IMG/VR virus record: IMGVR_UViG_3300032954_000018
Coordinates: 1-54,164 of that record
Strand: one strand, 5' to 3'
Length of the DNA: 54,164 bases
Source: a virus
Lineage: Duplodnaviria; Caudoviricetes
Position numbers and translations under genes: made by a program. How positions within the stretch are numbered: the stretch's first letter is position 1; each line of letters starts with the position of its first letter. Positions 26,552 through 33,473 of the stretch are shown here, one piece after another. Under the pieces are notes generated by a model. It was not told the origin of the DNA. It saw only the letters and a list, made by a program, of their open reading frames with translations, and ran no database searches.

Positions 26552-26559
26552 CAAAAATC

Positions 26560-26588
26560 TTGACAAAACAAAACACTTAGTGTATAAT
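26560..26588 (+). promoter_or_regulatory. Consensus sigma70 promoter
   Basis: TTGACA-17-TATAAT. Confidence 0.85.
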
Positions 26589-26638
26589 GTATATAAATAG
26601 AAATCTCGGGACAAGAGATTGTCTTTGGGGGTTTCTGA

Positions 26639-26914
26639 GTGGAACTATCACTATTCAAGCCCTCCCCTGAAAAAAATTATTGGATTATGAGTTTTCCTTA
26701 CTACTATACGTTTGTTTTCTATGGTACGGAAACCGAAGCTAAAGAGCTATTCATCCATAAATGCGAGTGGGAAGGCACCGGGACCATGCGAAAAGCCGAT
26801 CCTAGTAACGAACAGGATTCCGCTCTGGTCCGAGAAGAAATCATTAATGTACGGCTAGACAGAGACGCGGGAATCCCTAACCTGCCTTTCTTGCCGGGAC
26901 GAGGTTGGTTATGA
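26639..26914 (+). CDS. Hypothetical protein
   Basis: First ORF after promoter; ATGA overlap with next gene. Confidence 0.65.
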   Translation: MELSLFKPSPEKNYWIMSFPYYYTFVFYGTETEAKELFIHKCEWEGTGTMRKADPSNEQDSALVREEIINVRLDRDAGIPNLPFLPGRGWL

Positions 26915-27273
26915 AGCCAAAAACTATATCGAACGATGGTGCAAAACCAGTCTTGACCCTAACAGCTAAAGACTTTGTTTTCCAGACTTTCTGTACTGGC
27001 GGTAAAGGCGGTCAGCACCGGAATGCTAAACAGAATGGTGTGCGGTGTATCCATCCCCCTTCCGGGGCTAGAGGAGAGCACAGAGACGGGCGAGATCAAC
27101 ATCTAAATAAACGGGAAGCTTTCCGTAAATGTGCAGAATCTCCTGAAATGCAAGCATGGTTGAAGATCGAAACACTTAAAAGAGTGGGAAAAATAAGAGA
27201 TATCGAAAGAGCGGTAGAGGAGCAAATGGCTCCTGAAAACTTAAAAATAGAGGAAATTGATGGAAGTTGTTAA
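26911..27273 (+). CDS. Peptide chain release factor-like protein (GGQ domain only; ArfB/PrfH-like)
   Basis: GGKGGQHRN...VR..H.PSG...R.Q..NK..A. Confidence 0.9.
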   Translation: MKPKTISNDGAKPVLTLTAKDFVFQTFCTGGKGGQHRNAKQNGVRCIHPPSGARGEHRDGRDQHLNKREAFRKCAESPEMQAWLKIETLKRVGKIRDIERAVEEQMAPENLKIEEIDGSC

Positions 27274-27943
27274 TCTTATTCTGTACGACGACTGCCAGAA
27301 AGATCAATGGCATAGTAATTATGGGCCAAGTATAAACTCCGTAGAGCCTGATAACTATTTGAGCTATAATACTGCCGAAGGGCTTTACATAATCAACGCA
27401 GCCAGCAAAGAGATGGCAGGCGGGTTGATATCGAATGATTATCCTTTTCCGCAGAATTGTACGTATTTTGGAATGGATATCATGTATAAGATATCCGAAT
27501 ACGATTTCCCACATCTGGCCAGAAACGAGATGGATTTGAAGATTACCGTCAAATCCGGAGCCTCAGGAGCTATTAAGAATCAGGCTAACGGGTCAGCGCA
27601 GCAGAATTTCTCAAAGAATGGAATGTGGCAATTCGATCCTACCGGAACGGGATGGGTAGATACGGGGTTCGATCCCGGACTTCCAAGCATGTACAGCGAG
27701 AATATTATGCAGTTCAGGTACTTTACGGATGGAGAAACGTGGAGTGTAACAGGACTGAACTTTAACGGAGAGACTTTTACTCCCGGCAAAACTTTCCAAA
27801 ACTTGCCGATGATTTCAACCAACTGGGGAGCAGGCCTCCACCCCCAGCTACAAACTGAAGTCCAAGGTGCTCCTTGGTTTCTGAGGCAGAATTACACTAA
27901 GATTCGTATCTTAGCAAGCGCAAATCCCATTTCTTGGATATAA
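27260..27943 (+). CDS. Hypothetical beta-rich protein
   Basis: GAGG SD; aromatic/Gly/Asn-rich composition. Confidence 0.75.
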   Translation: MEVVNLILYDDCQKDQWHSNYGPSINSVEPDNYLSYNTAEGLYIINAASKEMAGGLISNDYPFPQNCTYFGMDIMYKISEYDFPHLARNEMDLKITVKSGASGAIKNQANGSAQQNFSKNGMWQFDPTGTGWVDTGFDPGLPSMYSENIMQFRYFTDGETWSVTGLNFNGETFTPGKTFQNLPMISTNWGAGLHPQLQTEVQGAPWFLRQNYTKIRILASANPISWI

Positions 27944-27944
27944 A

Positions 27945-28223
27945 ATGATTACATTACTCTTAGCAGCAGCATTATTGCAGGCACCAGCACCAACCCCCAA
28001 ACCAGCAGAACCAGAGCTTAGTTCTCTTGAGAAGCAGGGTTTGATATCGATTTTGAAGGAATATCAGCAGGTTATGCAGGAGCTTTCTTCGGCAAACATT
28101 GATATTGCCAAAGCCCATCCGGGGTATCATCTGGACCCCCAGAACCCTTTTAACGGTAAGTTGGTTAAGGATATGCCTAAAAAGGATGCGCCTGCTCCGG
28201 AGAAGACTACAGAGAAGAAGTAA
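27945..28223 (+). CDS. Putative exported protein
   Basis: MITLLLAAALLQA signal-like N-terminus. Confidence 0.65.
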   Translation: MITLLLAAALLQAPAPTPKPAEPELSSLEKQGLISILKEYQQVMQELSSANIDIAKAHPGYHLDPQNPFNGKLVKDMPKKDAPAPEKTTEKK

Positions 28224-28627
28224 TGGACGTAGCTTCTCGGGATATCCGGGGGTGCAAGTTCTCAGCTAGATATACTAAGTACTTTAACAGAGCTAACTTA
28301 CTATACTTCGACGGTCTTCTTCCCCCGACAAAAGTTTATACAGCCCCACTTCTTAAGATAACTGCGCATGGGCAGAAGGAACTGGAAGCACACGGAGAGC
28401 TTTGGCTCGATCCGGGGGAGTACGGGCTCATAGGGCAGGAACCAAACGGGGAATGGTGCATTGTGGTAGACAGGGCTACTGCCCTATATCACTCCATTCT
28501 AACCAAGCAAACAGTCCTCCACGAAGCCATACACCTATATCTTCATCCTTACCGTGGACACGGGATGATCTTTAAGAAACAAATCCGCAGGATAGCGGCA
28601 ATGGGGGCGTTAGACACCCTGATATGA
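28223..28627 (+). CDS. SprT-like zinc metalloprotease
   Basis: FN...FDG.LP, TVLHEAIH, HG..FK. Confidence 0.8.
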   Translation: MDVASRDIRGCKFSARYTKYFNRANLLYFDGLLPPTKVYTAPLLKITAHGQKELEAHGELWLDPGEYGLIGQEPNGEWCIVVDRATALYHSILTKQTVLHEAIHLYLHPYRGHGMIFKKQIRRIAAMGALDTLI

Positions 28628-28863
28628 AACTAGTTTTAGATACAGACCCAACTCAAGAACCTTTTCCTATTGTGTATGAAAACGTTAAGGGCTACATTCT
28701 AATAGCTTTAACTGAAAAAGACGGCAAATACCACATGGGAACACAATACGGATATGGTGATCTTACCGGAGAGGAATACGATGATGCAAAGATTCAAGCG
28801 ATGGTGGAACAGTTTGGTATGTATTGGCAAGACGCCAAGATGTGGATGAAGGACATAGGCTAA
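28624..28863 (+). CDS. Hypothetical protein
   Basis: ATGA overlap. Confidence 0.65.
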   Translation: MKLVLDTDPTQEPFPIVYENVKGYILIALTEKDGKYHMGTQYGYGDLTGEEYDDAKIQAMVEQFGMYWQDAKMWMKDIG

Positions 28864-29105
28864 TGCGCAACCAAGATACTTTTTCCAAAAATCTTTATGT
28901 GGTAGTTTGGGCAGGCTGTACTATTCCACTTTCTGGAAGAAGTTTTGATAACGAAGAAGAAGCAATAGAGATGTTTAAAGTTTGGATAGATCAACCGGGA
29001 ATACGGATTGAACGGATGATGGCGGCTTTCGTGTTTGATACTCTTTTTACAAAAACTACTTTTGAGAAATATATTGATGAAAACAATAGAAAATCTGGAA
29101 GCTGA
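28863..29105 (+). CDS. Hypothetical protein
   Basis: TAATG coupling. Confidence 0.6.
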   Translation: MRNQDTFSKNLYVVVWAGCTIPLSGRSFDNEEEAIEMFKVWIDQPGIRIERMMAAFVFDTLFTKTTFEKYIDENNRKSGS

Positions 29106-29520
29106 AGAATGGAGACAAGTTAAAAATAGTCTTGATCTTTATCAAGTATCAAATAAAGGAAGAATAAAGAGAATATGTGAAACCCATGAACGATTGCTTA
29201 AAACCCCTCCTACTGCGTTAGGATATCTAAGATTTAATATTAGCATAAACAATAAATCAAAATCTAAGTACGTTCACGTAGCCGTAGCAGAAGCTTTTAT
29301 ACCAAATCCTGAGAAAAAACCCACAGTGAATCACAAAGACGGAGACAAGACTAACAATTGCGTAGGCAATTTAGAATGGGCTACCCGAAGTGAAAACAGC
29401 CAACATGCTTGGGACACCGGATTGTTTAGTCACGAAAAAATGAAATCTTCTCAATTATTAAGGCGGAAAAAAGAAAAAAGTTTGAAAGAAAACCTCATAA
29501 CACAGATTTTGGGTGTATAA
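29077..29520 (+). CDS. NUMOD4-HNH homing endonuclease
   Basis: EEWR....Y.VSN.GRIK; VH..VA.AF; VNHKDGDKTNN...NLEW.T..EN..HA. Confidence 0.9.
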   Translation: MKTIENLEAEEWRQVKNSLDLYQVSNKGRIKRICETHERLLKTPPTALGYLRFNISINNKSKSKYVHVAVAEAFIPNPEKKPTVNHKDGDKTNNCVGNLEWATRSENSQHAWDTGLFSHEKMKSSQLLRRKKEKSLKENLITQILGV

Positions 29521-29527
29521 TAGATAC

Positions 29528-29694
29528 TAGGAGAAAATATGACGTAGAAGAATGTGAAATACTTCTATATATTTGTTACTTCCCGCATGTAGGTTCGACT
29601 CCTACCAGACTGTTGTAAGGTCTGTTCTCCTGTATCGGAAAAGGGAACCCGTAAGGGTGCTGAAAGATTAATTCCTGTATCTTGTGTTCTCCTA
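29528..29694 (+). ncRNA. Y RNA-like unit 1 (permuted T-arm/acceptor/D-like cargo; divergent closing stem)
   Basis: TAGGAGAA/TTCTCCTA stem; GTTACTTC; GTAGG-TTCGACT-CCTAC; CAGAC/GTCTG; starts 7 nt after TATAAT 29516-29521. Confidence 0.6.
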
Positions 29695-29701
29695 TTTAAG
29701 T

Positions 29702-29815
29702 TTCGAGTAGCGATAGTTACAATTCCATCATTAGTTCGAATCTAATAAGCCCCCCAAAATTTATGGGGCTTACGCCTAGTTGGTTAGGCAGTATTGTAGC
29801 GCAAGTTCTCTCGGA
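29702..29815 (+). ncRNA. Y RNA-like unit 2, YrlA topology
   Basis: TTCGAG-TAGCGA...ATTAG-TTCGAAT-CTAAT (T), AAGCCCC/GGGGCTT (closed acceptor), GCCT-AGTTGGTT-AGGC (D)...GTTCT-CTCGGA. Confidence 0.8.
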
Positions 29816-29903
29816 CAGTTTCGCAGGCCGTTTTGGTGATTCTGAGCGTTTTGCAAACGGGAGCAGCCCGATATAGCTGCTTAAGTTATAACCGCTTCGG
29901 CGG

Positions 29904-30043
29904 ATTCAAATAGCGATAAAAACAGTTACTTCTTTCGCCGCCATCTTTGGCGAAATAGCTCAGCGGTAGAGCATCCACTTCATACGTGGAAGGTCGTGGG
30001 TTCGAATCCCATTTTCAGTTCTGTTTTGCCTGTTCTTTTGAAT
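29904..30043 (+). ncRNA. Y RNA-like unit 3 carrying a circularly permuted tRNA-Met(CAT)
   Basis: ATTCAAA-TAGCGA...AGTTACTTC-TTTCGCC-G-CCA-TCTTT-GGCGAAA-D-anticodon CAT-T...GTTCT-TTTGAAT. Confidence 0.8.
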
Positions 30044-30050
30044 AATTTTC

Positions 30051-30096
30051 GGGAGTGTCCCTCAAGACTATCGGGTAAAAACCGAAACTCCCACCA
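30051..30096 (+). ncRNA. Mini tRNA-like element ending ACCA
   Basis: GGGAGT/ACTCCC-ACCA enclosing GTC/GAC and TCGG/CCGA hairpins. Confidence 0.45.
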
Positions 30097-30099
30097 AGT

Positions 30100-30199
30100 T
30101 TGGGTAGTGTTCATTACGAGTACATCAACTGGATAGATGAATTGTCATAGACAATGTGTTGCCGATTCAATCCCGGCCTCGTATGTTTTGTTCTCCCAA
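30100..30199 (+). ncRNA. Y RNA-like unit 4 carrying a non-permuted cloverleaf with a 3-nt anticodon loop
   Basis: TTGGG-TAGTG...TACGAG/CTCGTA, CATC/GATG, ATTGTC-ATA-GACAAT, GCCG/CGGC...GTTCT-CCCAA. Confidence 0.68.
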
Positions 30200-30243
30200 T
30201 AATTTTAAAGCCTGAGTAAATCCAAAGTGTAGTGGCTTTAATA

Positions 30244-30323
30244 GCAAGTAGTGAAAGTGTCAGTTACTTCTATATTTACTCAAAAATAAACAGAAAAAAC
30301 AACTGTCACGCTAGTTCTCTTGC
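30244..30323 (+). ncRNA. Y RNA-like unit 5 (no tRNA cargo)
   Basis: GCAAG-TAGTGA-AAGTGTCAG-TTACTTC...CTGTCAC-GCTA-GTTCT-CTTGC. Confidence 0.72.
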
Positions 30324-30520
30324 AACAATTTAACCCGACTCGCGTTGGGTTTTCCCCGGCTCCGAGGGAGAGTGAGATCGCAGGTACTACCTGCAAAAGA
30401 TGCTTACCAATCGGGCAAATCTTCAGGGGCGCAATGCCCCGAATCAATACGTTCCGGAACGTAATAAATCCTGAGGTTGATCTATCGATTAATCTATCCT
30501 ACCTTTAAGAGGCTACTCTC

Positions 30521-31123
30521 ATGGCTAATGTAAATTCCAGTAATGGATTTTCTGGGCTTCCCGCACAGAGCATCACTACCACCACAGAAACTACTCTGCT
30601 TGTTCCCGCTGCTTCTGCACTTTATCAGGGCCTTCCTTCCCCGATATTTGCTGCTGGTGCGGGTCTTTATCTTGCGCTTGATCCTGATTTCCAGTCTGGG
30701 AATCCCCAAGCCGCTTCTCCTACCTACGTCAATTCAAGCGTAGATGGAAAGCAATTCCGTATTCGTGTGGTCGGTCTTGTTACCGTTGGCGCATCCAGCA
30801 CCTTCGTTTGCAAGCTCTATCAGGGTACCAGTTCGACAGTCGGTAACGATACCGTGGTTGCGGCTTCCGCTTCCTACACTATCACCACTGCCTCCACTAT
30901 CAACTTCGTCGTAGAGAGCAATTTCCTCTGGGACAGCACTTCGAGCAAGCTTAACGGCTGGTTCTTCACTGATGTTAATAACGTGTTTACTGGTGCGGCT
31001 GCTACTACTGCGATTGCATCTCTCAGCGTTACTTCCCTTCAGTTTATTCCCAGCTTTACTTTCGGCACTTCGAATGCCGCGAATACTGTCACCGTGAAGG
31101 AATTCCTGCTCGAAAAGGTGTAA
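30521..31123 (+). CDS. Putative virion (decoration) protein, paralog of 43843-44529
   Basis: Thr/Ser/Ala-rich; shared G..FR.RV.G and NFV.E....WD.TS..L.GW motifs. Confidence 0.7.
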   Translation: MANVNSSNGFSGLPAQSITTTTETTLLVPAASALYQGLPSPIFAAGAGLYLALDPDFQSGNPQAASPTYVNSSVDGKQFRIRVVGLVTVGASSTFVCKLYQGTSSTVGNDTVVAASASYTITTASTINFVVESNFLWDSTSSKLNGWFFTDVNNVFTGAAATTAIASLSVTSLQFIPSFTFGTSNAANTVTVKEFLLEKV

Positions 31124-31169
31124 TTAAAGATGCTAGATTGGGGTCAAGTATTCCAATCTAGCATAACTT

Positions 31170-31532
31170 ATGGCGGTACGTAAATATTCAGACCGAAAAG
31201 CCTACCTAATACGTAAAGTATCAGAACGTAGACAAGAACTTAGGAAAAAGATCGTAAATGTTCTTGGAGGTAAGTGTATTTTTTGTGGATATTCATCCTA
31301 CGTAGGAGCGTTAAACGCACATCACATAGACCCTTCGACCAAAACTTTTGGCCTCAGTAATAAGGGATTATGTAGAAGTTGGGCGAAGATTTTATCAGAG
31401 CTAAAGAAGTGTGTTTTACTTTGTTCTAATTGTCATGCTGAAATTCATGCCGGACTGAAAATAATTCCGGAAGAAGATATACAATCGGCAAAAGCAAAAG
31501 TAGAAGCCGCAGAAAAATCTCTGAAGGAGTAA
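31170..31532 (+). CDS. HNH endonuclease
   Basis: LGGKC..CGY...L..HHIDP...EL.KC.LLC.NCHAE.H. Confidence 0.88.
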   Translation: MAVRKYSDRKAYLIRKVSERRQELRKKIVNVLGGKCIFCGYSSYVGALNAHHIDPSTKTFGLSNKGLCRSWAKILSELKKCVLLCSNCHAEIHAGLKIIPEEDIQSAKAKVEAAEKSLKE

Positions 31533-31537
31533 TAAAT

Positions 31538-31729
31538 ATGACTACAATTCTTGTTCTTGCTGCACTTGGCGGTGTTGGTTATGCCGTAGTGAAGCATTTT
31601 GGTCTGTCGAATCTTAAGGCCGATGTTCTTGCTGAAGTCGCGAAGCTTGAAGCTTCTGCGGCTAAGGTTGAATCGGCTGTCAAGGCCGATATCGCGGCCA
31701 GCATCGCAAAAATCAAGTCACTGCTGTAA
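31538..31729 (+). CDS. Small membrane-anchored Ala/Lys-rich protein
   Basis: AAGGAG SD; N-terminal TM segment. Confidence 0.7.
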   Translation: MTTILVLAALGGVGYAVVKHFGLSNLKADVLAEVAKLEASAAKVESAVKADIAASIAKIKSLL

Positions 31730-31944
31730 TGTACAGGGTCTATATAGAGGATTTCAATCCTCCTATATGGGCAATAGATGACGGAAATCCAGACAACCAG
31801 CAACGTTTCGAACAAGTTGTTTGGCATTGCGCAGGTTGTACTGTATACGATCTCAATGCGGATAATGTAAAAAATCCTAAATGCTGGTTAGAATTTCCAG
31901 ATGCAACTCTAAAAATAATAAATAAGACGGCGGTCTTAAAGTAA
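31729..31944 (+). CDS. Hypothetical protein
   Basis: TAATG coupling at both ends. Confidence 0.65.
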   Translation: MYRVYIEDFNPPIWAIDDGNPDNQQRFEQVVWHCAGCTVYDLNADNVKNPKCWLEFPDATLKIINKTAVLK

Positions 31945-32279
31945 TGGCAAATTCTTATACAACGCAGCCTATTGTCCTCGATACTGATATTACATCTTTT
32001 CGAACCGCTGCTAACGTTGCGAATGGTATCAAAGTACAGAAGCTTATCCTTGTGGTCGGAACCGGAAGTGCGGGTGTCGCGGGGGCTGTTACTATAACTT
32101 TGCCTTCTGCCCGTGGCGGTTCCGCTCTTTATGCCCCGATTCTTGTGGGTACACAAGCAGCTAACACAACTATCTTGAACGATAACCCCTACAGTGATGC
32201 AATCTTGACTTGGACTGATTTTGCAGTTACAGGCCTTACTGCCACTAAAACCGTTCTATACATTTGGGTAACATACTAG
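31944..32279 (+). CDS. Putative small virion protein
   Basis: Thr/Ala/Gly-rich beta composition. Confidence 0.65.
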   Translation: MANSYTTQPIVLDTDITSFRTAANVANGIKVQKLILVVGTGSAGVAGAVTITLPSARGGSALYAPILVGTQAANTTILNDNPYSDAILTWTDFAVTGLTATKTVLYIWVTY

Positions 32280-32295
32280 GCTTAAAGGAGCTAAT

Positions 32296-32424
32296 ATGGC
32301 AACAAAAATGAGCAAGAAAGCTGAAGAAGCTAAAGAAACTCCAGCGCAAGAAGCTAAATTTCACTCAAAAAATTTCTTGAAAAAGGCCGAAAAGTTGGCC
32401 GGGAAAAAGAAAAATGGCAAGTAA
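32296..32424 (+). CDS. Lys-rich micro-protein, 42 aa
   Basis: Hand translation MATKMSKKAEEAKETPAQEAKFHSK...; AAGGAG SD. Confidence 0.65.
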   Translation: MATKMSKKAEEAKETPAQEAKFHSKNFLKKAEKLAGKKKNGK

Positions 32425-32578
32425 ACATCCCGGTTTTGAGGCCGTAAAAGAAAAAATCGCTAAGAAAGAAGGCATTCCCGCGAAGAATGCCGGTGCTATT
32501 CTGGCTAGCTCTACGCGGAAAGCTTCCGCTAAGGCGAAGGCTGCGAACCCGAACCTTAAGAAAGTCAAGGGTAAGTAA
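32414..32578 (+). CDS. Lys/Ala-rich micro-protein, 54 aa
   Basis: Hand translation MASKHPGFEAVKEKIAKKEG...AGAILASSTRKAS...NPNLKKVKGK. Confidence 0.7.
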   Translation: MASKHPGFEAVKEKIAKKEGIPAKNAGAILASSTRKASAKAKAANPNLKKVKGK

Positions 32579-32901
32579 TGACAAACAGAGAAGTAAAACA
32601 GCTTAAGGAACGGATCGAAACTCTTGAAAAAGAGTTGAAGGATATCAAGCAAAAGACTGGATATTGTTCGGAGTGTGGGAGACATAATTATATGCATCCC
32701 TATCCGTACTACTATCCTTATCCTTACCCGTACTATTACCCGTATCAGACTGTTTATTATTATTATCCTTCGTCCACGATTTGTAGTGGACTCGCTGGTG
32801 CGCAGAACTCGTATTATACGACTTCAGTTGGTACGGCAAGTACGACCACAACCACGGGAACATTTACGTTAGGAGATACTACCTATGGCCAAGAGTCCTA
32901 G
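32578..32901 (+). CDS. Protein with CxxC and Tyr-Pro repeat tract
   Basis: CSECG followed by PYPYYYPYPYPYYYPY. Confidence 0.65.
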   Translation: MTNREVKQLKERIETLEKELKDIKQKTGYCSECGRHNYMHPYPYYYPYPYPYYYPYQTVYYYYPSSTICSGLAGAQNSYYTTSVGTASTTTTTGTFTLGDTTYGQES

Positions 32902-33193
32902 CGGTCTTTCAAAGAGTCTTAGCAGCGGTAAAAAGTCTTCTAAGAAATCTAGCAAAAAGAAGTCTCATCGCATCAAGCATACTCACATCGAGCATGGTGA
33001 GGATGGTAGTCATGTAATCCGTCATAGCTTCGATCAAGACATGGGTCCAGAACCATCCGAACCTATTCCCGATTCAGTTCATGGAGTTGGCGATAGTGAC
33101 GGATTGCTGGCACACATGCAAGGTCAGTTCGGTGGACAGCTTCCCCCGGCTGCTGGCGGGGCGGGTGCTCCTGCTCCCGGTGGTGGGATGTAA
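32885..33193 (+). CDS. Lys/Ser/His-rich hypothetical protein
   Basis: AGGAG SD. Confidence 0.7.
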   Translation: MAKSPSGLSKSLSSGKKSSKKSSKKKSHRIKHTHIEHGEDGSHVIRHSFDQDMGPEPSEPIPDSVHGVGDSDGLLAHMQGQFGGQLPPAAGGAGAPAPGGGM

Positions 33194-33238
33194 TGATATC
33201 TCCCGAGTTTGGTTGGTGGAGAAGTTGGGTTAGTAGTT

Positions 33239-33391
33239 ATGCCGTACAAAAGTAAAGCACAGGCCGCATATTTCAACATTCATAAGAAGCAACTTGAAAA
33301 GCAAGGTGTGGATGTGAACGAATGGAATGAAGCCAGTAAGGGGAAGAAACTCCCAAAGAAGGTTAGTAGTGGCAAAAGCAAAACCAAGTAA
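33239..33391 (+). CDS. Basic micro-protein
   Basis: MPYKSKAQ..YF...EW...SKGKKLP.KV pattern. Confidence 0.65.
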   Translation: MPYKSKAQAAYFNIHKKQLEKQGVDVNEWNEASKGKKLPKKVSSGKSKTK

Positions 33392-33473
33392 GCCTGAGGT
33401 AAAGCTCAAGCTCAAGGTAAAGGGTGCGTCTCCTGAAGCCGTAAAGAATGCGGTAAAGAAGATCGTAAAGTAA
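33369..33473 (+). CDS. Lys-rich micro-protein, 34 aa
   Basis: Hand translation MAKAKPSKPEVKLKLKVKGASPEAVKNAVKKIVK; abuts terL start. Confidence 0.5.
   Translation: MAKAKPSKPEVKLKLKVKGASPEAVKNAVKKIVK

Noticed and set aside
29949-30020. Standard tRNA-Met gene
   Set aside because: The downstream acceptor strand (TTTCAGT) mispairs at positions 2-3 and lacks CCA; the perfect strand lies upstream
29528-30323. CRISPR array or ordinary tRNA cluster
   Set aside because: Repeated parts are short, degenerate and pair across each unit rather than being identical direct repeats; no cas genes; none of the tRNA-like parts is a normal linear tRNA
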